Assembly: GCA_040954595.2 (NCBI GenBank) | Contig: CM082587.2 | Location: forward strand, 4,420,093 to 4,484,092 | Direction of reading: 5' to 3' | DNA length: 64,000 nucleotides | DNA from: Balanoglossus misakiensis | Lineage: Eukaryota; Animalia; Hemichordata | In this document: piece after piece, positions 10,167 through 23,000 of the stretch | Layout: each line of letters begins with the position of its first letter | Position numbering within the stretch: position 1 is the stretch's first letter | Notes under the pieces: model-generated | What the model was told of the DNA's origin: nothing | Seen by the model: the letters and a program-made list of their open reading frames with translations, nothing else | Database searches by the model: none | Position numbers and translations under genes: made by a program

Positions 10167-12452
10167 TTTCCTGTGAGCTTTAATTACATGTACTTGCATT
10201 TGACGGATCAAAAATATAATGACTTGATGTTGCATTTGCTCAGCGATGTGTGAGCATTATATTATTTGGCAGAACTTTGAGGGCGCTTCGATCTTTTTGG
10301 TGTGGTTGGATCGGAGGGTATTACTAGTATTAATATATTGACATATAGGTATCAACTTGACAACTGGCACATCAAAGTTTTGATGTATATAGCGTCAGTA
10401 AAGCAAACAATTTTTCTCGGGATTTCATTTGCAAAGTATCGAGCGCGTGAAAGTGCGTGTGGGTGCGTCACTTTTAGGGACGTTGGCGACTTTTACGCGT
10501 CCAATGACTATCGTTGCGCACTTCGTAACATTGCACATACACCTGGTTAACAACGGGGCTTTATTAGACACACCAGACTCGGACAAAATATATATTCAGA
10601 CTGAGTGACATAGATGCAGGAAAGAGTGACAAATTTATAAGCGACCATGATATACAAAATGCCTACATAGTGACGTATTGAGAGGAAGGGAGGGGCGTGG
10701 TCAACAGTCCGTCCAGACATCAACTACGTTCCTCATGTTGCTTGACCAATAATAAAAAAAAAAACAATTTTATTTTATTCTAGCCATTCAAGATAATTAT
10801 ATTCGTAGAAAAGTCTCGGTTGTCCCCATCCACATTCCGTTTCAGATATTTATCCCCAAAAGAAAGAAAAAGAAAAAGAAAAGAAAGTAGGCCTATGTCG
10901 CCAACTGGGAAGGGCCTATATGCCATCATCAACGCTCTGCACCCTCAAACTTTAATGTATCTGACAATGGATAAACCAACTTGGTTAAAAACCTTCATAC
11001 CGATTGAATATTTTCAATGGAGTAATGCAGTTTGCGTTCAAACGATAAGCTTATACTCATTGCAAATTTATAATATCACATTATCTGTAACTTTTGGTTT
11101 CATTTTCAGTAGGGCCCATTTTTTGTTAGCCCCTACTTCGCTTGTAAAAATTTGACAAAAGTAACGAATTCTAGTCATGACTTAAATTCAAATTCTTCTC
11201 TGGTATTGATAATTAGCTAAATACTTGGATTAGAACAAGAATGGTTGAATACACCGCGAAAAGCTATATGATGTTGTACTTGAGTGTAGGCCTTCAGTGA
11301 GGGGAATGGATTTTTTTAAAACAATTCTTAAAATATTGCACTTTGACGAACTGTCTGGAAGATACAGTACATGTAAATGTCTATACATCGATGTATTTAT
11401 TTTCAATAGACATATCATTTGGCGGCAAAATATCACATATATGATACCAGTGGCTTTTGACGTGTACCCTCCCCCAACTACCCTCCCCCTTTGCGGAACA
11501 CCGGAAGTTGAAACGAACAACCAAACAGTCGGGGCATAACAAAGGCATGGCGGGCAAATACAAATTCTGAAATCGACAAGAGGCCAGACGCTGCTGACGG
11601 TCGCTTCGTTGAAAAAAAATACGAACGCGAGGCCAGGAAAAAAAAGTAATTGGGGGTGAGTAGCCAGTAAATTTGTTAAGGATTTTTCATACAAAGTTAT
11701 ACTGAAATATTGAGGTATGCGTTCACACTTGGGAGATATTTGTGTCATTACATTTCGACAAGAAACAAAGGAATGGTCTGCGCGCGTGTGCGTCCACTGT
11801 CGACGTCTGACACTGTATTGTTTACGTGGTATGCGCTTATCAAACGACCATCTGGTCATAGCCCTCTGCGAAACCCAGCTATTTATGGTGTCTGAAATAA
11901 CGGCTCACAAGAATCTGACTTTTTCTTAGACCAGTTCTACTTTCTTGGAATTAAACGATCATTACTTACCATAAGTACTACTTGTGGTAGAATCCTTTCT
12001 ACATAATTAAGTGTGTGACCTGCGCGCTTCGAAAAACAAAGACGCGTGTCCTGGTTTTGTTTTCGAGTTTCTATTCGAGTGCAGGGAATTTTTTACTAAA
12101 TATCGGTTTTACTAGTATTTTGGATATGAAGACACTGCTGATTAGATGTCAGTGCCGCTGATCGATCGTCAGCAATGCGGGTAGTTGGCGTTTGTTTTGA
12201 AAATGCAAAGCCAGGCTACTATGAGTGCGAGTATGCGGAGGCCCGTGCATTGATATGCAAATGAGAGTCGTGTGTCAGCATTCAGAGGTGCGAATCGACA
12301 CACAATAGATTCTTTTGTTGTGCAGAAACACGCATCGGCGGTCGTAATTGTTTTTATAATCAATAAAAGTCACTTGTTCTCATTGAACTTTTTTCTTTAC
12401 TCAGTACTGGTGAAGAGCCACAGCTGCCCAAAGTTTGCTCTCCAGTGCAATC
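10167..12452. promoter_or_regulatory. Divergent intergenic region containing the promoters and 5' UTRs of HENMT1 and the RGS3-like gene
   Basis: Head-to-head genes; CpG-richer patches, an Ets-type CCGGAAGT at ~11501, a GC-box-like GGGGCGTGG at ~10692, and a splice acceptor (ttttctttactcag) at ~12404 implying an upstream exon. Confidence 0.4.
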
Positions 12453-15400
12453 ATGTCACAAAGAAATCGACGCAACAACAAGAGGGGTTCCACCGAACTG
12501 CACACACACGTGCTGGCTGACGGGATGGCCGCCCTGGTACTAAAGACCCCGCCCCCCATCAAGAGACGCAGAGTGGACGCTCAGCGCGGACAAGTCGACC
12601 TGTTGCAATCGAAGGATTTTCCCGAGCACGTACTGGTACCCCCTCCCCCGATCCACATGACGGGTAAGGTTAAAAGTGAATTATAATCATAATCACCCTG
12701 ACCCTCTTCAGCGCTAGTGTTTACACAGAGATCTAGTATGGCCAAGCAAAATAAATAAATTGTTTCTGGTCATAGCTTTTACACAAAAATAGGGTGACGG
12801 TGCGACGCGAATTTCTTTCTTTTTTTGGCCCATCTGATCAGTGTTAATCAACTGTCATTGTTTACATATACAGTTAATGATCGCGTGTCATAGATAAACT
12901 CCACTCTCTGTTGTATTTTTGACTTGGTTTCAATGCGCTATTGAGTCAAGTTCGGCCAGACACGGAACCAGAAACTATTTTTTTTGCCGAAGTGACCTTC
13001 GCGTACTATGTGCGGTGACCCGGGCAACCAGGCGCTTCCGTAGCAACCGCAAAGTGATGCAAATCTCCCAAGATCAACTGACTGTGGCTGTTTCTATAGA
13101 CCCATTGATTAGATCTTGATATCTGTACCAACTTGCTTTGCCAAGATATCGAAATGATTGAAAGAAAAATAAGAAACACCCGGTAATTTAACTTTACAGA
13201 ATATGCTGCACGATTTTAAAAAGAAACGTTCAACAAAACTGACCCATCTATTATGTCAGTGATAGCTATAATAGCCGTTAAGGCTTTTATATAATTTAAT
13301 TGGCTTTTTATGGTCTAGTGAAGACAACATTTCCTACAAAACAATCGACCAAGGCCACCCAACTATCCCTTGGTACACATTAGCTCATGCTCACACCAAG
13401 TTGTGAAATTCCTGACTTCTTTCTTTGTATGAACTTCATTTGATCCTTTTATCAGATGAAAAAACTTTCTTGGGAATTGTTTGCTGCCGTGAATTTCAGT
13501 TGCGACAGTGTAAAAAGGTCACTGACATTGATATATAATGGTTCTTTATCCCCCCCCCCCCCCCGTTGGCCATAGCAATGAAACTTTGTGTTTCACAACC
13601 CTTCAAATCTTTGAAAAGTTATGAGTCACGAAAACTCACACAACCAGTGTGGTTTTTTCATTTGAATTTTCATTATGTGTGTCTTTTGTAGGTCCAGAAC
13701 TGTATTATGATGACAAATGATAACTTTTAAAATTTTGCAATTTTGCATTTCCCCCAAAATACGTATATCCTCCCAAGCATCAATAAGTGAAAAATTTGAT
13801 TTAATGGCATTTCTATGCAGCGATATTCATTTCTGTCTTGAAATTGATTGACAGGTCGCTTAAAGCTGGCAATTAAGAAGACTGATACCCACTTCCTAGT
13901 ACATGGTAAGTTATTTTTTTAAAGTCAAAATAAAGATTTGAACAATATAAGTCTGGTGATATACTTTTAATGATATTCTCATCAATGTCTGTTTCTCATT
14001 CTTAACTTAGTGGTCAGAGCTAAAGGCCTACCTGATAACCAAGAACTGAGGTTTGCTACCTATGTAACGGTGAGTAGCATCTGCAAAATAATGAACAAAT
14101 TTGTTCATCTGTCCTCATTTGTTGCGGTTATCTCTGATTTTTTGGCTTCGTTTTCGTGTTCTTTGTAGGTTGAAATCACATCAGCGAAATTTAGGAGGAT
14201 GAAGAGCATGTCAGCACCAATAAGTGATGTCAGGAACCCTCATTTCCAAGAAACCTTTTCCATGTAAGTCTTTTTGCACTTTTAGGTTTTAGACTAAACC
14301 AGCCCCTATTGTCCAGTTGTTTGCAATCTTTTCACACATAAATTGATGACATTGTCTTTTTGCCCATTACAGAGACATTAACGATGTTGCCTACAAAGAT
14401 AGAATCCTGATTTCCTTGTACAGGCATCATGATGTGAGGTGAGACAGATTGTGTTTTGTGCTGTTGGGGGGGGGGGGGGGTAGCTTACCAAACTTCACTT
14501 TTGTGTATCACATTTCCATGCCAAATTTTCACTATCATTTGAACTGCAAACATCTTCACACATTTGTCGTTTACTTTTGTTTTTATCAGGAATGACAATT
14601 TAGGGTGCATGTCATTTGGTGTCAAACATTTACTGCAAGAAACTAAGGTATGTAATTATAAGTTGGTCATATTCTGATGGAACTTCCATGTCCTTGGTTA
14701 TTGAAAAACATAACTTTGGCGTAACTATGTCTATTGTCTTTATTTCACTAACCTGATGTCTGTCACCTGAGTCCAGCAAATTTGTTTGTAAATTCAGAAT
14801 GAGATATATTACCTTGGCAGTGTAAAAAGAATAGTACAGCTTTTTTCAAATGTGTCATCTTTTACTGAAAATTATTAAAGAGTATTTTGTTTTTGTCATC
14901 GTAGGATATTGATGGGTGGTATTATCTTCTGAACGAGGAGCTTGGCGTCAAGAAACACCTTGCGGCACCGTCAAGGGAAAAGAAATGCCAATCAAGTAAG
15001 CCCAATCGACTGATTTTTCAGCAGATGTAATACTGCCACCAACAATACACAAAATGTGTTTACTTTGTTTTTATATAGTGTGTTTACTTTGTTTTTATAT
15101 TGGCTGAATCATGAGAAAATTCCCTTCACAAAACATGTCATTTGGCTCATTTTTTCCAGGAGCCCATGTTTGCTTCATTTGCATTGCTCTTTATTTTCCC
15201 AGGTGCAACAAAAGAGAAGAAACCAATAAGAGTGATTAAAAAAGTGGCAAGTCTCATTTGCTTTACTACTGTCTACTTTTCAAAGGAAGAACCAAATTTA
15301 ACATTGTCAAATAAAACATTCGTGAACATAGTTTTACTTTCAGATCAAAATAACGTGAACTCTATGATTTTGGTTTTTAGATCACCATAACACAGCGCAA

Positions 15401-18400
15401 ACAGGGATATGGATTCACCATCCTGGATACCTCCCCCGTCAGAGTTGGAAAAGTAGATTCAGGTATGACATAGTGCCACTGATGTCATGCATCATGCAAT
15501 GCGTGTGTGACATACATATAGTAGGCTAGCATTTAATTTCTTTGCCATATATATATGCGTAGGTGCAAACATTGGTTAGCAATTCCTAGGCATTGCATTT
15601 CTGGGTAACTGGAGGTCTGTTTGTTGCCCGTTAGAGAAGGGGGAATTTACACAATTTTTGTGGGGCTTTTTCGACAGGTGGACAGGCAGAGCAAGCTGGA
15701 CTGGAGATGGGGGATGTACTGATTAGAATTAACAAATATCATGTGGCCAAGTCGTCTTGCTCTGAAATAATTGGTATTGTCAAGTAAGTGTGTGTGTTTT
15801 TGTGCTTTGGATGTCATGCAGCTCAGTTGCAATAGTGTGGACTTTCTTGTTCAGAAACGTGCCTCATTGAGAGAACAGGTTAGTTTCTGCCCTTTTCATA
15901 AAGTTAATATGTTACTTCGTGGAAATGCTCATATTTTCCTTGCCGTATTGCATCAAATATTACTTAAACAGAAATGCTCCCGGGCATCTTAGAGTTGTGA
16001 TTGAAAGACGAGTGAAAAGGACAACGAGCGAAACAGCAAGCGACGAAGGAGAGAGAAGACCTCTGTCATCAGTGTCGGCCAACTGTAACTACACCAGGCC
16101 ACAACCCATGTCCAGACATTGGGCCAGCAAATGTAGCAGTACGTGTAGCAGCGATACTGGGATGTGCTCCACAGACGACGTGGATGTACAACAGGTCAGT
16201 GGTCAGTGTGTGTCCACAGGTCAGTGGTCACACTATATATATCTACATGTAAGTGTGAACAATTAAATTAATTATAAATTAACCTCTGAAAATTTACCTT
16301 GAATCAATGTAAGACAAGGTGACCAAACGCAAAAATTGTAGGCAAGACCGTGCGCTATGTAGTGATTTTTATCATATAGAAAAATATACAGGTGCTGTAT
16401 ATTGTGATGATTCAATTCAGGCACTTCAATGTAGGCCTGTTTGGTGTTTGTAGTGGGTCCTTGCACATTCCAGTGCGACTATCTCACCGCTGAAGTGGGA
16501 CAATCGGACATGGTTGTGTACACTCTGACCACTCAACACCTGAACATAAAGTAGTGATGACTTTGTCCCCAAGTAAATATTGACTTGGATGATTGTACAT
16601 GTACCAAGACCAAGTAGTGGTCAACACAAGACTGGTATTAACTGTTCTCATGATTAGTAGACATAAAAAATTGGTTCTTTCAGTTGGTAAGAAATGTTTC
16701 TGCTGTTATTTCAAATAGAACTGATTTTTATTTTAACAGGTTTGTTCAGATTTTCTTTGTTTTAGAAAGAGCATCCTAAAAGTTTGTGTTCAGTGATGTA
16801 GAAATAAATTTACATGCCAATTCTAATACATGTAGTGAGGAATACATGGCTGTTTGCTTTGGTCAAATTTTATCCTAAATTCAACGTGACATAGCAAGCA
16901 CTGATTAGGCCCTAGCAGTTTGTTGCCATGGTTGCAGATGACTATTTGCCTCGTGGGGGTCTCAGTTGGAGATGCCCAACGCAACAATTTCTTGCTAAAA
17001 CCTTAACGCTATTGTTCTTGTACGTTCTGTTTCCATGGAAACAAACCGAAATTATGTAACTTAATGTCACTCGTTAATTAGTCTCAGTGGTGTCACTTCT
17101 GAATTTTCACACGAAGTGAAAAACGCTTTTGTATCGATTTCAATTCAAGGATGAAGGAACCTGCCTTGTTGTCATAGAAACTGGCGCGGGTGGGGTGGGG
17201 GGGGGGGGTGTTTCATGATGTGAAGTGTCATTGTGTCTTGCGGAGGCCGTACGTTTAAATGTTCACATTTTTTCTCGAGCAGGTCTTCGGGAGCATGGAG
17301 GAAGCAAGGCAGGCCGCCGTCCGACAGCTCATCGCGTATCAAGCCAGCTTTGTCCGCAGCATGCAGTATGGTTTGCAAGAACACCTGAAACCGCTCAGGT
17401 ATCATCTGTGCGCCTCGCAGGAGTTCAGCAGACTATCCGGAGCCATCGAACAGGTAGGCTTCTGTCGCAGTCCTATTCAGTGTTGAAGTAGAACACAGAC
17501 GAAGAAGATGTCACATAAAAACTGACAAGTTCTGGTTTCATAAACAGAAACAAACTTAAAATACTCCATCAAAGGAGCTGACTCACAGGTACATATATAT
17601 ACACATGCCTATCATTAACCTTTGAATGTTGACGTTAAATATGAACAAGTAAAATAATAAGCGGGTGCCACACCCATTTATTCAGCCATCCATAGCAAGA
17701 TTACCTGACCACTAGGAGATGCACACATGGGTATAAATAAACAGGTATAAGAATCTCCACAAATTGAAAACAGTGTCATCTGTTGTCAAAGGATAGGAGA
17801 AGATTTAACCACTTTATTGATTAAAGATATGCTAAAAGTGACAGCTATTGGGGCTTTAAATGTAACCGGAACTCAGCATTTATTTTTCGCTGCTGTTTGT
17901 TTTCTCAGATGATAATTATCTGCTCACTCCATGTACAACAACTGGAACTCAGGCTGGCCGCAAATAGCTCTCCAGCCATGAAATCCCACAATTCGAAGCT
18001 GGCAATTACGACCTTGGGCGATGCCTACCTTGGAAAGGTTGGTCAGTTTTATAAGGAAAACTCATTAAACGATGTGATCTGTGTTCCCCTAAAATGTCCT
18101 GTTGTATTGATCTGTCTATCTGATGATGGTAATTTAAATATGAGAAATGGAAAGCTTTGATTATGACACACTCAGAACTCTCATTTCAGTTGGACGAGTT
18201 GCTGCCTGTATATGCAAGCTACCAATCTTGCGTCAGAGCTGTGGAAGAGGAGGTAGAAGTCAGGATGCGAGAACAGGTTTGTTCGGTAGTGAGACTTGTT
18301 TGATTAAAGGTCCACTATCTGTAACCTTTGGCTATTTTTTCAGTAGTGTAATTCTATGGTTTCTTGTTCTGCTCCGAGGCAGGGATCAATGCGTAGTGCT

Positions 18401-19780
18401 TGAGAAGTAGCCTGTATTTATATATTGGCCAACGCAAGACCCCGAGATCACTGAAGGTATTTTTTTTCTTCGCTCTGTGACTTTCAGGGAATGTGGAGTG
18501 GAGACCAGTACCTCATTGTCAGGGGGTTTCTCCACAAGCCGTCCGAATGTCTGAACAAACTTTGTCAGCTGTTACAGATGGTCTGGACCAGCACACCGAC
18601 CAATCATCCGGACCACGAGAACCTGAAACACATACTTAACAGTGAGTACTCTATATGTATGGGTTGTGTGTGCGTAGTTTATGTAGGAGGGGGTGGGTCT
18701 CACAAGTTACCAGAGTTAAATAAAGAAAGAAAGATCTCTAAAACTCTTTTGAATTTTTTCCCCACAGCGCTTCAGTCTGTGCATTGGTGGTCGGAGACTG
18801 TCAAAGACGGCAACACCAAAAGTTTCAACTCCACCCATCTTCGACAACTTCAAGAGAAACTTATGTTTGGCAAGAATGTAAAGGTAAGAGTTAACTGTTT
18901 TAAAAATCTCATCAGGGTTCCTTACAGTGCCTTTCCAATTCTGTCACCAATGAAAAAACATGATAGCCATGATTTACCTCAAAGTGGGTAAGCAGAGGGA
19001 ATTTTCAATCAAACAAACAGTCCCTTACAATGGAGCTTTCATAGGTTTCCAAAAGAATTCCAATGTTTTCCTGTCACATTATGATATTGCAGCATTTCAG
19101 ACTAGCTGAATCTGGGAGGCAGTTTGTATTTGCTGGTACTCTGTATAAAGTCAATCAACTCAACCCAGATAAAGTCAAAAAGGTAAGGTTTCATAGAGTT
19201 TCTCTTTTCACGTGGTTAATTTCACAACATCAACTATACTTAAATGTAATGAAAACAAATTTTCTTTTAATAGCTATGTTTTGTAACTGGACGACTTTGA
19301 CTATTTAGTAATGTAAAAAACTGTGCTAAGCTACAAAACAGCACAAGAGTCATCCATCGTCTATCCAATAGAGTAAATGTTCTTCATTTGCTTGCAGCTC
19401 TGGGCAATACTGTGCAATGATCTGCTGCTGTTGACGAGACGTCGTGAAGACGACTCGCTGGTGGTGTTGGAAAAGCTGCCTGTGAATCTCATATGCTTGC
19501 ACAGCTCTCCGAGAAATGAGGATGAGGGTGAGTATTCTCCCAGATTTTACATGCACAGGCCCCTGGGCTCGCTCCTGAAGAAATATGACAAACTGATTTT
19601 TTCCCTTTCTGCTCATCAGAACTGGACTTCCAGATAACAGTTGTGACGAGCACCAGCACCAAACAGAAAGAGACGAAGACACTGAGGGCACCAACCAAGC
19701 AACTGAAATCAACCTGGAAGAAACTGTTGAAGAAACATTCGCCCGGGATGTATCTTGCCATGGCCGATTCCAGTGTCAAG
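12453..19780 (+). CDS. RGS3: RGS3-like multidomain protein: C2 + PDZ + degenerate RhoGEF (DH)-like + PH; 3' end unresolved
   Basis: Exons 12453-12663, 13855-13905, 14011-14069, 14169-14263, 14373-14438, 14590-14647, 14905-14995, 15203-15243/6, 15381-15462, 15678-15783, 15972-16194, 17283-17453, 17909-18037, 18190-18276, 18488-18641, 18768-18883, 19093-19182, 19398-19527, 19620-19780 (donor AAG|GTAGGT, or read-through to the stop at 20026). C2: GRLKLAI..VVRAKGL..NPHFQETF..LGCMSFGVK..DGWYYLLNEELGVKKHL (RGS3-type C2). PDZ: KQGYGFTI..VRVGKVDSGGQAEQAGLEMGDVLIRIN. DH C-terminus: TPTNHPDHENL. PH: RQFVFAGTL..LCNDLLLL..LKSTWKKLL. The start codon (12453 or 12525) is uncertain and no RGS box was found. 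Confidence 0.75.
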
Positions 19781-19857
19781 GTAGGTACTTGTGAGAGATT
19801 TCAACGGAACGCGTGTTCTTGTGCGGGAGACTCAGGTCTTGTATTGTTTCTTACGAG

Positions 19858-20088
19858 AAGCACAATACTTGAGTTTCGTGTTCTCGCGAGACATAAGAAA
19901 ACAAGGCTAAGGGTGAGCACGTACTGTGCACACAGACTGAGAATACACGTTCGGTGGTCCATGCTGCTTTCAGTATCACTCGGCGAACAACCAGCCATGC
20001 GTTGTTCACCCTCAGTCTCGTTTTGAACTATTCTCACGCCCTGCTCAAGAATCTCATTCCGGATCTCGAAACCTGAGTATTGAAGCTA
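19858..20088. mobile_element. Degenerate fold-back element (old MITE-like inverted repeat)
   Basis: gcacaatacttgagtttcg (~19860) pairs with cgaaacctgagtattgaagc (~20067); aaaacaaggctaagggtgagcacg (~19898) pairs with cgttgttcaccctcagtctcgtttt (~20000). Confidence 0.55.
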
Positions 20089-23000
20089 CAAGCCAGATTC
20101 ACAGACTCGGGCTTGTGGCTCTACTCCTCGTCATGTTCTACTGCCAGCGGCGCGCATTAAACTAATTAAAGACAAACGTCAGAAAGTGTGAATACTGGAG
20201 GAAGGTAATAAAGTGGTTGCAACTTAGTGAACAGAAAGTACTCAGTGAACTGAGTGTCAGTGTGATCGCCCCCACTGGGTAGATTCGAGTGTTTATTTTG
20301 TCTGTACTGTGAACATACAGATATACCGTAACAACGCCATAAACTATTAAAGATTACATACATGACACCAAAAACCATCATAAACAACTGATCAGTTGAC
20401 AATTTTGCATTCAGCCGGCTATTTCCTTTAATGCCGAATCCGAAAACAGTCTCTGTGTTGAATCCCCAAATGGATGTGTGGTTAGCAGAGGTCGTTTGAG
20501 TATCACTTTTATTGGTCGCTTTCTCTGTGTGGATCTCAAGAACATATTGGCGATTCTGTGGAGCGTCTGCTTTCTAGGAGTCTTGTGGGGCTCGTGAGCT
20601 GCGTTTCTGCATCCAGAGGTTGTAAAAATACGGTCTTGGCATGGTCGTCAGGTACACAATTTCATCTCTGGAGGATTTTTTGATTGTCTTATCTGTTGAC
20701 CGGAAAGTCTATAAGACAGAGCTTCAAACTTCTGCCAAACTAGGTGTGTGGCTCCCCAGGAAAACGTTTTCTTGAAAACAAGTTTTTCAGTGCTGCCATT
20801 TATTTCTTCAGATTTTGGTTTTGAAAAGAAAAAAACTTGACTAGGAGAAAGAATTACCCATGAGATACTGCTGTACAGGAGCAGTAGTACACTGGGACCC
20901 TTCTACAAGATTAGGAGCGAAAGAATCTTCATGAAAACATACCCTGAGGTGTTGTCTTTTCAGACTCGTGTCCCGACACGTTGTCAATTTGCTGAACATG
21001 TACTTTTCTTAGATCACCCAGAATGCATAAAACAAACGGCCATCAATCACGCTGTACAACACTTCTTAAGAAAGGCTTATGCTTTACGCTGTGTGCAATC
21101 TTGTGAAAAGTACTCCTACTTGAACGAACTGATAGGTTTGAAATGTGCCACTTTTGAGTGTGTGTACGCGCCGAGACCGACTACGCAGTGTGTATATTAT
21201 GGAGATAAGAGCTGTGTGATCGGAATTGACCTCGTCGACTTATGAGGGGGAATTTATCTCTCTTCTTGAGCTGCTATCGCTGTGTTGTCAGTCAGTCGTT
21301 ATATCGGGTTGGTTGAGGCAAATTTATTGACCTAAACTGCACACTTTGTCCTCTGAGTGGTTTTAAGATCTCCCTGGTGTGTGTTTTGGGGATGTTTCTC
21401 ATCCCTGGAATTGACAGGCTCTCCGAGATCCATGCAGCGGAAGGGAATGACTGCGATCTGTAGAATCGATTGAAACTCTTCAGGTTCGTGAAATTGACAT
21501 AATTAATGTCCCAGAATCCCTTGGCAGAAAAAAACTCGGATCTGCAGAATTGACGAAAAAATAACACACCTGTGCAGATGTGACAGAACTGTAAAAAAGG
21601 CGAAGTTTCTTTATGATTTTATAAATTGAAAATTGAATTGCAAATTTGGATTTGTCAGGAAAATTAAAGATTATCATCAAATGATCACTCAATATACGAT
21701 GAGTCAGCCAGCAGTGTTCTGAAATCAGAGGCTATTCGCACGATCATTGAAGGAAAGATACGGTGAGACTTATTGATGGCCAAAAACTGTGAACGTGTCA
21801 TCTCCGCCTGAATCGCCAGCAGGGATGATTAACACTGCCTGTGTGGTAACTTGAAAAATTAATGAGGAAATCAGTAAATCTTCGAGACTTCGTACCTGTC
21901 ATCTCTCACTTCTATTGAATAATCGAGAGTCGCCTAATCTTGTTTTAGTTTCCCTGTGTTTTGTGGTAGGTAGGGGAGGGATATACTTTGGTCGTAATTT
22001 ACCATTCCTAGAGCTTAATCAGCAAAGAGAGTGCCAACTGAGATCAGATGCTGTGGCAATGAAGATTTATCGCAATCCCGCGTGACAGTGTGCTGAGAGA
22101 AACAAACCAGCCCTCTCCCTGTTTTTTGTTGAACTCGCATCCAACGCTGATGGCAATTAGGAGCAAAAATTGAAGCTGAGAAATGAGTCGCTGACAGCTT
22201 GGCGCGTACCCTGTTTTTCCTCTGGCCCGGCTGGTAGATGAGCTTGATGCCAGATTCCGTCCCCGAGGCTGGCTACGCGAAAAAGTTATCATTTGTCATT
22301 CCAGAGACCGCAACATCACCATTGACATCTCCACCTCTAAGAAGACGGATTATCGTTCGTTTGTTTTGATGAATGCCGTTTTCTGATAGCGTCATAAATG
22401 ATCGATCACACTCTTCTGGGCGATCAGTGGACTGGAAAATTTGCAGTTTCTTCATCACTGACTTTTATGAACGGTTCGGTATTTATTGTACACAAAAGAA
22501 ATTGATGTTGCACACCGAGTTTTACCTTGGTTATATACAAATGTAGCTCTGTGTACATAAAGAATGTACGGTTCAGCGATGTTGAAACCCCCCAAATCAA
22601 CATAGATTATCCGGTTCATGTATGTGACCACCACGGTCAAATTAATAAAAAAACAGGCTTGCAGGCTGAGGTACTTCATCAGATGTATAAGCTGATTATC
22701 TTCACCATTTCTTTTGCAACTTCAAAGTATCTTCTCCTGATACGTGTGCCCCGGGTGCTGATTCATCTGTGCCTAGGAACTGTGTAACTAAATAATCTCT
22801 AGGAGTCTGTACAAAATTAAAACAAACTTTCATCAAGATAAGCTTTTGGATTCTTATTGATCAGCTGTCAGGAGGGTATCAAGTGAGAGCACTATGTGCA
22901 TGTACCTGTGAGCTGGTAGGGGTCTTTTGTCTTTTTTTTCTGTTCTTATCTAAAGAGTTTGTGCTGAAAGCAAAATGGTATTGCAATGCTGTAAGCATGC

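Noticed and set aside
11230-11859. 209-aa minus-strand ORF
   Set aside because: No recognisable motif, composition typical of translated non-coding DNA (F/C/I-rich), and it overlaps the presumed divergent promoter.
18383-18456. Possible extra exon in the RGS3-like gene
   Set aside because: One candidate acceptor leads to an in-frame stop and the other leaves a ~31-nt intron with a phase mismatch; splicing 18276 directly to 18488 keeps the frame.
20414-20597. Open phase-0 segment after a ttcag acceptor that could be the terminal exon of the RGS3-like gene
   Set aside because: The translation (PAISFNAESENS...LWGS) has no family resemblance and cannot be supported without transcripts.
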